64,000 nucleotides of DNA from positions 682,317 through 746,316 of the forward strand of contig JAMPHF010000001.1 in assembly GCA_023663525.1 (NCBI GenBank). The letters run 5' to 3'. This DNA is from Bacteroides sp. (GTDB taxonomy: Bacteria > Bacteroidota > Bacteroidia > Bacteroidales > Muribaculaceae). Position numbers and translations under genes: made by a program. Numbering within the stretch: the stretch's first letter is position 1; each line of letters opens with the position of its first letter. Positions 1 to 9,878 of the stretch are shown here, piece after piece. The notes beneath the pieces were generated by a model. The model saw only the letters and a list, made by a program, of their open reading frames with translations. It was not told where the DNA came from and searched no databases.

Positions 1-1512
1 CGCGTATTTGGTGTTGGCGAGCAGTCCGTGGAGACCGTGTCCGAACTCATGGAGGAAGGTCTCAACCTCGTAGGGGGTAAGGAGAGATGGCTTGGAGTCG
101 GTCGGCTTGGTGAAATTCATCACAATTGTCACATGCGGACGCACGACAGTTCCGTCAGCAGCTCTTTCCTCACTCTTGAATTCCGTCATCCATGCTCCGG
201 GACGCTTGCTCTCGCGTGGGAAAAAGTCTGTGTAGATGACTCCGAGGAATGAACCATCCTTGTCGATGACATCGAACGCTGTCACATCAGGATGATAGAC
301 CGGGATGTCAGGATTCTTCTTGAATGTGAGTCCGTAGAGTTTGGTGGCAAGTCCGAAAACTCCGTCAATCACATTGTTAAGTTCAAAATACGGGCGCAGC
401 TTTTCCTCATCGTAGGCATACTTGGCATTTTTCAGTTTGTTGGAGTAGTAGCTGTAATCCCAGGGCTTCATTTCCATCTGCTTCCCTTCGAGAGAGGACG
501 CGAAGTCGTTCAGTTCCTTGAATTCAGCCTTTTGGGCGGGCATATATGCATCACGCAGGGAGTGGAGCAACTCATAGACCTTGTCAGGTGTCTTGGCCAT
601 GGTGTTTTCAAGAACATAGTGAGCGTATGTGGGATAGCCGAGAAGATTGGCAATCTGCATACGTGTCTCCGCTATCTCCTTCATGACGGGAAGATTGTTG
701 TACTGTCCCTTGACGTTGCGGCAGGTGTAGAGGCGATACATCTTCTCGCGGAGGTCACGGCGGTCACTGTATTTCATGAACGCCATGTAGACCGGCTGTG
801 CGAGGGTGAACAGATACTCTCCATCACGCCCTTTTTCCTTGGCGGCGAGGGCTGCAGCTTCGATTGAGCTTTCGGGAAGTCCGGCAAGGTCATCTTTCCC
901 GAGCCATATCTCGTAGGTGTTCATCTCCTTGAGCACATTCTGTCCGAAAAGTGTTGTAAGCTCGCTCAATCGGCTTGACAATCGCGAGTAGGTGTTGCGG
1001 TCCTCGCCCTCAAGCAGTGCGCCGTTGCGGACAAACGAATCGTAGGTGCGTTTGAGCAGCATTTTGTCCTCTTGGTCAAGATTGAAGTTGTCGCGGTTGT
1101 CATAGACGGCCTTCACACGCTTCCAAAGACCTTCGTTGAGTGATATTGAGGTCGAGTAGTCCGACAGTCGGGGAGTGATCTTCATTGACAGCTCCATCAT
1201 GTTGTCATCGCTGAGGGCGGAGAGGAGTGGATCAAACACCATCAGCACGCGGTTGAGATCCGTATCGGCTCTTTCGAGCGCGACAATCGTATTGTCAAAC
1301 GTCGGTGCTTCGGGATTGTTGACTATGGCATCGACAGCATCCAATCCAAGTCGGATTCCACGGTCGATGGCCGGTTCGTAGTCTGCAAAACTGATTTTGT
1401 CAAACGGTGCAGCTCCGTGGGGGGCTGTGTCAAATTCTTTAAAAAACGGATTTTGAGCTTGAGTCATAATACTGGCGGCTGTAAGAGCCGAAATTAGGAT
1501 TCTACGTATCAT
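1..1512 (-). CDS. dcp: M3-family zinc peptidyl-dipeptidase (Dcp-like); N-terminal 504 codons, C-terminus lies beyond the window start
   Basis: It is absent from the ORF track because it runs off the edge. My own minus-strand translation from the ATG (cat at 1510-1512) reads MIRRILISALTAASIMTQAQNPFF... and stays open to position 1. It ends ...ETFLHEFGHGLHGLLANTKYA, an HExxH zinc site in the M3 context. The + ORFs 28-252, 292-867 and 1175-1381 are antisense shadows. Confidence 0.8.
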   Translation of the reverse strand, partial: MIRRILISALTAASIMTQAQNPFFKEFDTAPHGAAPFDKISFADYEPAIDRGIRLGLDAVDAIVNNPEAPTFDNTIVALERADTDLNRVLMVFDPLLSALSDDNMMELSMKITPRLSDYSTSISLNEGLWKRVKAVYDNRDNFNLDQEDKMLLKRTYDSFVRNGALLEGEDRNTYSRLSSRLSELTTLFGQNVLKEMNTYEIWLGKDDLAGLPESSIEAAALAAKEKGRDGEYLFTLAQPVYMAFMKYSDRRDLREKMYRLYTCRNVKGQYNNLPVMKEIAETRMQIANLLGYPTYAHYVLENTMAKTPDKVYELLHSLRDAYMPAQKAEFKELNDFASSLEGKQMEMKPWDYSYYSNKLKNAKYAYDEEKLRPYFELNNVIDGVFGLATKLYGLTFKKNPDIPVYHPDVTAFDVIDKDGSFLGVIYTDFFPRESKRPGAWMTEFKSEERAADGTVVRPHVTIVMNFTKPTDSKPSLLTPYEVETFLHEFGHGLHGLLANTKYA

Positions 1513-1541
1513 TCGGGCGATTATGATTGGTTTTTGCAATG

Positions 1542-3749
1542 TTATAATTTACGGCCAAGCAATGAGGAGCGGCGGATCGACTCGTCAAGGACCAGACCGA
1601 GCGTCAGTGGATCTATTTCCGACATTCTCTTGTAGGTTTCCACATCAGACCTGAAGGACTTAACGAAATTTCCCACCTCAAAATTGTCGGCAGCAATCGA
1701 CTCGGAGTAGAGACGCGCACCCTCATCGTAATTTCCGGCTATGACCTCGATATGTCCGGCATTGATGTAGTCGGACACTCCGGGTTTACGCGAGAGCACC
1801 TGCGACGAGTACTTGCGGGCTTTCTCTATGTCGCCGGTGAGGAGAGTGCTTCTGACCAGCGGACGCGACGAGCGGTCCGACTCGCCGTCAAGAAATTCCA
1901 CCTTGTGGAGCAGCGGTATTGCCTCCTCGGGGTGTCCTCCCTCAAGATGGCAGAGCGCGAGGTTGAGGGCTGCGGTTACATCATCGGGGTTTGACGCAGC
2001 GAGACGCGAATAGTACTCAGCCGCCTTGTCCCAGTTGCGTGCGTTGCGGTAGCATATTGCAAGTCTCTTGATGGTCCATTGACTCTCGGAGTTGAGCAGT
2101 TCGCTCTGCTCATAGTACTTCACAGCCTCATCGACAGCCCCGAGCATCTGCATACAATAGCCCATCTTCTGAAAGAGCTGTGCGCTCGGCGGGACTTTCG
2201 ACGACAGTTTCTCGAACACGTCGAACGCATCGGCGAAATGTTTGTGTCTGAAATAGAACTCCCCGACAAGCAGGAGGGTCTCGCTGTCATTGAATATGTC
2301 GGACAGCAACGGCACTGTCACGAGATTTAGAGTGGTTGAGAATGGATCGCTGAATTCACCCTTGCGGCGGAACAGGCGGAAGAAACGATAGATGTCCTGC
2401 ACGTATCGCCCGGCAATCTTCTCGCGACTTTTCATCGACAGATCCATGTCGCCGAGACTCATCGCTGCCATCTGACCGGAGTGTGATTTGAGCTGTGAGG
2501 CCATCATCTGTTTCTGCGAATCAGGAACCTGCGACAACGAGAGGATGATGGAATATTTGTCGCTGTTGCAGAACATGGGTGTACTTCCCACCACTTCGGA
2601 GAGCATACGGATGGACGCATCGTTGCTTCCCGCAATCAATGAGTGGGATGTGTGGAACGGCAGAAACCAGTTGGAGATGTCGTTGAAGAACGGGAATGTC
2701 TTCAGTTTGCTGAATGTCACCATCATGACATCCCCGCCATCCTCCTGTATCTCCTGCAGCTCCTTGAGCTTGTCCGCGATTCCCGACCGGTCAAGAATTT
2801 CAGCCCATTCGGGATTTTCCTCCATTGATTCGGGGTCGATCGGATTCCGACCGAGCTTTTCAATCTCAGGCTTGAGTTTCATCATCTCAGGGATGACTTC
2901 ATCGGTCAGTTTGCGCCCGATGCGTTCGGTGTCACGTGCGCGGATGAACTGCATCAGTGCCATCTTTACATCCGAAGCCCATTGGGGCGACTCGCGCAGT
3001 GAGTCAAACCGGCGTATGAGCGACGGGGAGAACGGTCGGTCGCGCTGCACCGACATCACAATGAGGATGGAGCACAACGCACGGACAGAGAGTTCCGGGT
3101 CTGACGAACAGTAGGCATCCATCAGCAGACGCAGACGGCGTTCGTCGGGATATTCGAGCTGACCGAGCATCAGAGCCGACACACACAGTTGTTTGAAATG
3201 TCCGGGCAGAGAAATATCGGCAAACATATTGCCGACGGCAGCGGCGTCATCGACAGTCATGGGATAGAGTGTCCACAGAAGATTGAAGATGCGTTTTTCA
3301 AGGTCCTCGGCACGCTGTGTGAACTCGCGTCCGGCCTTCTCCGCATCCTCCGTGAGCATGGCCATCTGGAGGCGACTGTTGATGCGGCGATACTCATCAA
3401 GCAGTGAGGCAATCCCCAAGTCATGACGCATGTTCTCATAGCGCAGGACGTTGAAATAAAGCGTGGGAGCATCCTCCATCCGCGAGCGGCGGTGAAGGTC
3501 ATCGGCAAGTGAGCGAATCTCGGCAAGGATGGCAGCATACAGCTCAGGTCGTGCCGGATCGGGCATTCCACGCAGAGCATAGTGAGTCATGAGCTCATAG
3601 CTTTCGCGCAGGCGGACGGTGGCCGATCGGAGCTCGGGGAGAGTCCCGAGGGATGCAATTGAATTGTCTATAAGGTCAAGGGCTTCATTGACACGGTGCC
3701 GGTCAAGCAGCCGGTTGATGTCAGCCAAAATGTCTATCTGATGATTCAT
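1542..3749 (-). CDS. Tetratricopeptide-repeat protein (function unknown)
   Basis: The 787-aa track ORF starts at a non-ATG codon inside the dxr promoter region. The ATG at 3747-3749 (cat) gives MNHQIDILADINRLL.... The C-terminal third has TPR-like units (e.g. AVKYYEQSELLN..., WDKAAEYYSRLAASNPDD, ALNLALCHLEGGHPEEAIPLL). Confidence 0.7.
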   Translation of the reverse strand: MNHQIDILADINRLLDRHRVNEALDLIDNSIASLGTLPELRSATVRLRESYELMTHYALRGMPDPARPELYAAILAEIRSLADDLHRRSRMEDAPTLYFNVLRYENMRHDLGIASLLDEYRRINSRLQMAMLTEDAEKAGREFTQRAEDLEKRIFNLLWTLYPMTVDDAAAVGNMFADISLPGHFKQLCVSALMLGQLEYPDERRLRLLMDAYCSSDPELSVRALCSILIVMSVQRDRPFSPSLIRRFDSLRESPQWASDVKMALMQFIRARDTERIGRKLTDEVIPEMMKLKPEIEKLGRNPIDPESMEENPEWAEILDRSGIADKLKELQEIQEDGGDVMMVTFSKLKTFPFFNDISNWFLPFHTSHSLIAGSNDASIRMLSEVVGSTPMFCNSDKYSIILSLSQVPDSQKQMMASQLKSHSGQMAAMSLGDMDLSMKSREKIAGRYVQDIYRFFRLFRRKGEFSDPFSTTLNLVTVPLLSDIFNDSETLLLVGEFYFRHKHFADAFDVFEKLSSKVPPSAQLFQKMGYCMQMLGAVDEAVKYYEQSELLNSESQWTIKRLAICYRNARNWDKAAEYYSRLAASNPDDVTAALNLALCHLEGGHPEEAIPLLHKVEFLDGESDRSSRPLVRSTLLTGDIEKARKYSSQVLSRKPGVSDYINAGHIEVIAGNYDEGARLYSESIAADNFEVGNFVKSFRSDVETYKRMSEIDPLTLGLVLDESIRRSSLLGRKL

Positions 3750-3802
3750 AGTTTTTTCGGTAAGGGCGTGTGATATAGTTGAATAATCGCACACGATAAA
3801 TG

Positions 3803-3810
3803 CAAAATTA
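3803..3810 (-). promoter_or_regulatory. Bacteroidota -7 promoter box TAatTTTG for the TPR gene
   Basis: The reverse complement of 'caaaatta' is TAATTTTG, which matches the TAnnTTTG consensus. It lies 54 nt upstream of the ATG at 3749. Confidence 0.4.
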
Positions 3811-3853
3811 CTATTATTTCTGCAAAAATCGTGCCAAAATAAGGATTTTTCCG

Positions 3854-3861
3854 TATTTTTG
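3854..3861 (+). promoter_or_regulatory. Bacteroidota -7 promoter box TAttTTTG for dxr
   Basis: 'tatttttg' lies 25 nt upstream of the ATG at 3886 and is divergent from the TPR-gene promoter. Confidence 0.4.
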
Positions 3862-3885
3862 CACTTCTTTCCGAAAAAACAGAAT

Positions 3886-5064
3886 ATGCACATGCCACAT
3901 AACATAGCAATCCTCGGTTCGACCGGTTCAATCGGGACTCAGACACTCGATGTGATTTCCCACTTCCCGCAACGTTTCAAGGCCACGGTGCTTGCTGCAG
4001 GCTCAAACGTCGAGCTGCTTATCGAACAGGCGAAGACATTCCGTCCGTCTCTCGCCATCATTGCCGACGAATCGAAATATACACGTCTGCATGACGCTCT
4101 TTCACCATTAGGCATAGAGACCGCCGCCGGCAACGCGGCTCTCGCCGATGCGATGGATCGCCCGGACTTCGATACGGTAGTGACGGCAACCGTGGGCTAC
4201 AGCGGACTGCTCCCGACCATCCGTGCCATCCGTGCCGGCAAGCAGATTGCGCTCGCCAACAAAGAGACGCTCGTCGTGGCCGGAGAGCTGGTCACCCGTC
4301 TCCTTGCGGAATCATCCTCGAAAATCATTCCTGTCGATTCCGAACACTCCGCAATCTACCAATGTCTTGTCGGAGAAGATCCGAAGACTGTCAGCAAACT
4401 GATCATAACGGCTTCCGGCGGTCCGTTCCGCTCTTTCACCCGCGAGCAAATCGAGACTGTCACTCCTGCGCAGGCCCTCCACCATCCACGCTGGAACATG
4501 GGCGCAAAAATCACCATCGACTCGGCTACCATGCTCAACAAGGCTTTCGAGATTATCGAGGCCCGATGGCTCTTTGACATCACTCCTGACAGGATTGAAG
4601 CAGTGGTGCATCCCCAGTCGATTGTACACTCCATGGTCGAGTTCATCGACGGTGCTGTGAAAGCGCAGCTCGGTATTCCGGACATGCGTCTGCCCATCCG
4701 CTATGCGCTCGGCGATGCCTCGCGTCTGCCATCCTCCGAGCGTCCGCTCTCGCTGGCCGACTATTCGACCCTCACTTTCGAAAAACCGGATCCGGAAAAA
4801 TTCCCGTGTCTCACACTTGCACCCTACGCCCTACGGCGGGGAGGCAATGCGGCGTGTATCATCAATGCCGCCAATGAGGTGGCTGTGCGCGCTTTTCTTG
4901 AGGAGAAAATCAGCTTCCCGGAGATATACACGACTATCACCCGCGCGCTTGAGGCAATGCCGTTCATCTCAACACCCACACTTGAGGACTACGTCGAGAC
5001 CCATCGCTCGACCATTGCCTTCGCGGAGCAACTGACCGGATGCAAGATTCCCCTCCATGTCTGA
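3886..5064 (+). CDS. dxr: 1-deoxy-D-xylulose-5-phosphate reductoisomerase
   Basis: The motifs are IAILGSTGSIGTQTLDV (NADPH fold), LANKETLV, DSEHSAI and NAANEVAV. The track ORF begins at TTG 3859; ATG 3886 (or 3892) downstream of the -7 box is the more likely start. Confidence 0.93.
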   Translation: MHMPHNIAILGSTGSIGTQTLDVISHFPQRFKATVLAAGSNVELLIEQAKTFRPSLAIIADESKYTRLHDALSPLGIETAAGNAALADAMDRPDFDTVVTATVGYSGLLPTIRAIRAGKQIALANKETLVVAGELVTRLLAESSSKIIPVDSEHSAIYQCLVGEDPKTVSKLIITASGGPFRSFTREQIETVTPAQALHHPRWNMGAKITIDSATMLNKAFEIIEARWLFDITPDRIEAVVHPQSIVHSMVEFIDGAVKAQLGIPDMRLPIRYALGDASRLPSSERPLSLADYSTLTFEKPDPEKFPCLTLAPYALRRGGNAACIINAANEVAVRAFLEEKISFPEIYTTITRALEAMPFISTPTLEDYVETHRSTIAFAEQLTGCKIPLHV

Positions 5065-5106
5065 GACAAATTCTTACGCCACTCTTTTAGCCATTCACTG
5101 TAATCA

Positions 5107-6462
5107 ATGGAAACATTTCTTATAAAAGCACTCCAACTCATCATCGCACTGGCTCTCCTGGTCATCATCCATGAGTTCGGTCATTTCATATTCGCAAGAA
5201 TCTTCGGGATAAAGGTTGAAAAATTCTATATGTTCTTCGACCCTTATTTCTCCCTTTTCAAATGGAAACCCAAACAGAAACCCGGGGCAGACCCCAACAA
5301 GACATCGTGGCGCGACACGGAATACGGTATCGGCTGGATTCCTCTCGGCGGATACTGTAAAATCGCCGGAATGATTGATGAGTCGCTCGACACCGAGCAG
5401 ATGAAGCAGGAGCCGAAGCCCTGGGAATTTCGCACAAAACCCGCATGGCAACGTCTTCTCGTCATGCTTGGCGGCGTAGTGTTCAACTTCATCCTTGCCA
5501 TACTCATCTATGCCGGAATAGCAATGCACTGGGGAGCACAGTACATACCCTTCGATGCCGCCACCGAGGGCTTTGACTTCTCACCCGCCGCACAAAGTGT
5601 CGGATTCCGCAACGGTGACATTCCGTATATGGCGGACGGTGAGCTTCTCGACGCTTCAAAAAGCGACTATCCCTACCGCATGGCGGATGCAGATGTAGTG
5701 ACAGTCATCAGAAACCATAAGGACACAGTCAATATCAATATCCCTGACGACTTCCTGCTCCGCCTTAATGACGACAAGGGCTTCCTTGCCTACCGTGTCC
5801 CGGTCTATGTCGAGAGACTTGTCCCCGGCGAGGCTGCCGCAAAAGCCGGACTTGAACCCGGCGACCACTTGATAGCCATTGACACCATCCCGACTCCGTC
5901 ATTCACCGAGTTTGCCGAGGCACTGTTGGCCTACGCTGATAAGCCGGTTGACATCACCCTCGTGCGCAACGGTAAGACAATGAAACTTAATGTCACCCCG
6001 AATTCACACGGTAAACTTGGTTTCAACCTGCGTCCGATAACCTCAATCTACGAGCCGGTGACGGTTGAATATAATTTCTTTGAATCCTTCCCCAAAGGCT
6101 GGGAGATCGGCACGACGACCCTCTCAAACTATGTAGGGTCAATGAAGCATGTGTTCAGCCGTGAGGGTGCTGAGAGTCTTGGCGGATTCGGAGCCATAGG
6201 CAATATGTTCCCAGAACGCTGGAATTGGCTTTCATTTTGGGAAATCACAGCCTTTCTCTCCGTCGCACTTGCCTTCATGAACATAATCCCGATTCCGGGA
6301 CTTGACGGAGGACACGTCATGTTCCTTTTCTGGGAAATGATCACGGGCAAACAGGCTCCTGAAAAAGTTATGATAGCAGCTCAATATGTCGGCATGATCT
6401 TTCTGCTCATGCTCCTGCTCTATGCAAACGGCAATGACATATTCAGGGCATTCTTCAAATAG
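5107..6462 (+). CDS. rseP: RIP site-2 zinc metalloprotease RseP
   Basis: There is an HEFGHF zinc motif in the first TM helix, a PDZ-like central part (PGEAAAKAGLEPGDHLIAID) and a C-terminal NIIPIPGLDGGH motif. Confidence 0.92.
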   Translation: METFLIKALQLIIALALLVIIHEFGHFIFARIFGIKVEKFYMFFDPYFSLFKWKPKQKPGADPNKTSWRDTEYGIGWIPLGGYCKIAGMIDESLDTEQMKQEPKPWEFRTKPAWQRLLVMLGGVVFNFILAILIYAGIAMHWGAQYIPFDAATEGFDFSPAAQSVGFRNGDIPYMADGELLDASKSDYPYRMADADVVTVIRNHKDTVNINIPDDFLLRLNDDKGFLAYRVPVYVERLVPGEAAAKAGLEPGDHLIAIDTIPTPSFTEFAEALLAYADKPVDITLVRNGKTMKLNVTPNSHGKLGFNLRPITSIYEPVTVEYNFFESFPKGWEIGTTTLSNYVGSMKHVFSREGAESLGGFGAIGNMFPERWNWLSFWEITAFLSVALAFMNIIPIPGLDGGHVMFLFWEMITGKQAPEKVMIAAQYVGMIFLLMLLLYANGNDIFRAFFK

Positions 6463-6514
6463 ATTTTAGGAGTCAAAGTCAGTTGCAGGGTACAGAAATT
6501 CATGAATAACGGAA

Positions 6515-7696
6515 ATGTTGAAAACGATAACACTCAAACGCGGCAAGGAGGAATCACTTCTGCGTTTTCACCCCTGGGTCTTTTCAGGGGCCATTGCGAA
6601 ACTTCCTGATGGACTGGAAGAAGGAGAGACGGTCCGGGTCGAGGCCTCCGATGGTCGTCCGCTCGGAGTAGGTCACTATGAGATTGGATCGATTGCCGTG
6701 CGTATGCTCGACTCAACCGAACGGGAGCTTGACACTCAGTTCTATGCCGAACGGCTCTTGCAGGCCTGGAATCTGCGTTGCCGCCTCGGGCTTATCCGCG
6801 ATGACAACAACACATTCCGTCTCATCCACGGTGAGGGGGATTTCCTGCCGGGTTGCGTGGTGGATATCTACGGCAACACCGCCGTCCTGCAGGCTCATAG
6901 CCCGGGAATGCACTACGCACGCAACATCATAGCCAAATGTCTGACTGAGCTGCCCGGAGCCGGAATAAAAAATGTATATTATAAATCCGAGACCACGCTC
7001 CCGTTCAAGGCACGCCTTGACCCTGTCAATGATTACATCACAGGCGGCTTCGACACCAATATCGCAATTGAAAACGGACTGAAGTTCAACATCGACTGGC
7101 TGAAAGGTCAGAAGACGGGATTTTTCGTAGATCAGCGCGACAACCGTGCCCTGCTTCAGCGTTTCAGCAAGGATGCAAAAGTCCTCAACATGTTCTGCTA
7201 CACGGGAGGATTTTCGGTCTATGCGATGCGTGGCGGTGCGAGCCTTGTCCATTCGGTCGATTCATCGGCCAAGGCAATCACCCTCACCGATGCCAACGTC
7301 CAACTGAATTTCCCCGGCGATGAGCGTCATAAATCCTACGCAGAGGATGCATTCAAGTTCCTCGCCAGGATGGAAAAAGGAGCCTACGACCTTATCGTCC
7401 TCGATCCTCCGGCCTTTGCAAAACACCGCAGTGCCATCCGCAATGCCATGATAGGCTATCGCCGTCTCAACGCCGCTGCATTCGAGAAGATTGCACCCGG
7501 TGGCATTCTCTTTACTTTCTCCTGCTCTCAGGCCATATCACGCGAACAGTTCCGTCTCGCGGTCTTCACTGCTGCCGCCATGTCGGGTCGAAAGGTTCGC
7601 ATCCTCCATCAGCTCACCCAGCCGGCAGACCATCCCGTCAACATCTATCATCCCGAGGGTGAATATCTCAAAGGTCTCGTCCTGTATGTGGAGTAG
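6515..7696 (+). CDS. rlmI: Class I SAM-dependent rRNA methyltransferase (RlmI/PUA-MTase type)
   Basis: It has an N-terminal PUA-like segment (LKRGKEESLLRFHPWVFSGAI), a SAM fold (VLNMFCYTGGFSVYA) and VLDPPAFAK. Confidence 0.8.
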   Translation: MLKTITLKRGKEESLLRFHPWVFSGAIAKLPDGLEEGETVRVEASDGRPLGVGHYEIGSIAVRMLDSTERELDTQFYAERLLQAWNLRCRLGLIRDDNNTFRLIHGEGDFLPGCVVDIYGNTAVLQAHSPGMHYARNIIAKCLTELPGAGIKNVYYKSETTLPFKARLDPVNDYITGGFDTNIAIENGLKFNIDWLKGQKTGFFVDQRDNRALLQRFSKDAKVLNMFCYTGGFSVYAMRGGASLVHSVDSSAKAITLTDANVQLNFPGDERHKSYAEDAFKFLARMEKGAYDLIVLDPPAFAKHRSAIRNAMIGYRRLNAAAFEKIAPGGILFTFSCSQAISREQFRLAVFTAAAMSGRKVRILHQLTQPADHPVNIYHPEGEYLKGLVLYVE

Positions 7697-7738
7697 GGAT
7701 AAACCGGATCACATTAAAAATCTTGATATAAACAACAA

Positions 7739-9766
7739 ATGTCTTTAACCAAATTCATCTTTCCGGCCATGGCAGCATTAGCCATCACGTCATGTGCATC
7801 AAAGACTTCTGATGAAAAGAGCGATGATTTTGACTACACCGTCGATCGTTTCGCCGACATCGAAGTCCTTCGCTACAAGGTTCCCGATTTCGAGAATCTT
7901 ACCCCTCAGCAGCGCATCCTCATCTATTACCTTTCGGAAGCCGCCATCACCGGGCGCGACATCCTTTGGGATCAGAACGGCAAGTACAACCTCGCTATCC
8001 GTGACCTCATTGAGAATGTCTACAAGTCATTCAGCGGTGACCGTGAGAGCAAAGATTTCAAAGCCCTTGAGATTTACCTCAAGCAGATAGAGTTTGCCAA
8101 CGGTATCCACCACCATTATTCAATGGACAAGTTCACGCCGGGATTCTCCAAGGAATTCCTTGCCGAGAATGTGGCAAAGCTCCCCGCCGACAAACAGCCG
8201 GAGAACGTGGAGACTCTTTATGAAGTCATCTTCAACCCCGCAGTCATGCCCAAGCGTGTCAATCAGGCCGAGGGACAGGATCTCATCACATCTTCAGCCA
8301 ATAACCTCTACGAAGGTGTGACGCAGGCTGAGGTTGAGAACTATTTCAACGCGCTGAAGGACACTACCGATGCAACACCCGTCTCATGGGGTCTCAACAC
8401 CCGCATCGTTAAGGAAAACGGCAAGGTCGTCGAGCAGCCCTACAAGATCGGAGGTCTCTACACGGAATCCATCAGCAAAATCGTGGATCTGCTTGGAAAG
8501 GCAAGCAACTATGCAGAGAATGACGCCCAGCGCGGAATCATCAGCAAGCTCATCGAATACTACACCACAGGCAATCTCAAGACTTTTGACGAATACTCAA
8601 TCGCTTGGGTCGAGGACACTGACTCAAAAGTTGACTTCATCAACGGTTTCATCGAGAGCTACGGTGACCCGCTCGGCATGACGGGCGCATACGAGTCGAT
8701 TGTCAATTTCAAGAATGAGGAGGCTTCACACCGCACCGAGGTCATCTCGGGAAATGCCGAATGGTTTGAGCAGAATTCGCCCGTCGATCCGCGTTTCCGC
8801 AAAGACAAGGTGAAGGGTGTCAGCGCAAAGGTCATCACGGCAGCCATCCTGGCAGGTGATTCCTACCCGGCAACTCCCATCGGTATCAATCTTCCCAATG
8901 CCAACTGGATTCGTGCCGCCCACGGCTCAAAGTCAGTGACTCTCGAAAACATCACGCAGGCCTACGATGAGGCTTCGCACGGCAATGGTTTCAACGAGGA
9001 GTTCGTGATCGACAAGGAGACATCCGACCTCTTGGACAAGTATCTCTTTATCACTGACAATCTTCACACCGACCTCCACGAATGTCTCGGTCATGCCTCA
9101 GGCCGTCTGCTCCCCGGAGTTGACCCCGACGCTCTCAAGGCTCACGGCTCTACGCTTGAGGAAGCCCGCGCCGACCTTTTCGCTCTCTACTATCTCGCTG
9201 ACCCGAAGCTCCTTGAGCTTGGTCTGCTTGACAATCCCGACGCATACAAAGCCGAGTACTACAAATATATCCTCAATGGTCTGATGACGCAGCTCATGCG
9301 CATCGAGCCGGGCAAGGATGTCGAGGAAGCCCACATGCGCAACCGTCAGCTCATCGCTGCCTGGGTCTACGAGAAAGGCAAGCCTGACAATGTGATCGAG
9401 ATGGTCAAGCGCGACGGCAAGACCTACATAAAGATCAATGACTACAAGAAGCTCCGCGATCTTTTCGGGCAACTGCTCGGCGAGGTACAGCGCATCAAGA
9501 GCGAGGGTGACTATGAGGCCGGACGTGACCTCGTTGAGACATACGCTGTCAAGGTTGATCCTCAGCTCCACAAGGAGGTCCTCGACCGCTACGCCAAGCT
9601 CGACATTGCCCCCTACAAGGGATTTGTCAACCCGGTCTATACTCCCGTCATGGATAAGGACGGCAACATAACGGATGTCACCGTAAGCTATGAGGAGGAT
9701 TATCTGCCTCAGGTGCTCCGTTATTCCGAGCAGTACCGCACACTTCCCGCCAATCTGACAAAATAG
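7739..9766 (+). CDS. M49-family dipeptidyl-peptidase III-like lipoprotein
   Basis: It has a lipoprotein signal (...ALAITSCAS). The HECLGH (HExxGH) and EEARADL zinc-binding motifs are characteristic of DPP III. Confidence 0.85.
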   Translation: MSLTKFIFPAMAALAITSCASKTSDEKSDDFDYTVDRFADIEVLRYKVPDFENLTPQQRILIYYLSEAAITGRDILWDQNGKYNLAIRDLIENVYKSFSGDRESKDFKALEIYLKQIEFANGIHHHYSMDKFTPGFSKEFLAENVAKLPADKQPENVETLYEVIFNPAVMPKRVNQAEGQDLITSSANNLYEGVTQAEVENYFNALKDTTDATPVSWGLNTRIVKENGKVVEQPYKIGGLYTESISKIVDLLGKASNYAENDAQRGIISKLIEYYTTGNLKTFDEYSIAWVEDTDSKVDFINGFIESYGDPLGMTGAYESIVNFKNEEASHRTEVISGNAEWFEQNSPVDPRFRKDKVKGVSAKVITAAILAGDSYPATPIGINLPNANWIRAAHGSKSVTLENITQAYDEASHGNGFNEEFVIDKETSDLLDKYLFITDNLHTDLHECLGHASGRLLPGVDPDALKAHGSTLEEARADLFALYYLADPKLLELGLLDNPDAYKAEYYKYILNGLMTQLMRIEPGKDVEEAHMRNRQLIAAWVYEKGKPDNVIEMVKRDGKTYIKINDYKKLRDLFGQLLGEVQRIKSEGDYEAGRDLVETYAVKVDPQLHKEVLDRYAKLDIAPYKGFVNPVYTPVMDKDGNITDVTVSYEEDYLPQVLRYSEQYRTLPANLTK

Positions 9767-9798
9767 TCCGGACTGACTGCTCCGGAAAAAAAAACAAC

Positions 9799-9840
9799 AA
9801 TCTCCCCCGCAGGATGAAGTCAAGCCCTGCGGGGGAGATT
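9799..9840. terminator. Bidirectional intrinsic terminator between convergent genes
   Basis: A perfect 15-bp stem pairs aatctcccccgcagg (9799-9813) with cctgcgggggagatt (9826-9840) across a 12-nt loop. It is preceded by an A-run and followed by ttgtctttcc. Confidence 0.8.
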
Positions 9841-9878
9841 TTGTCTTTCCGAGGATTATCCTCAATGTCACCGCTTGT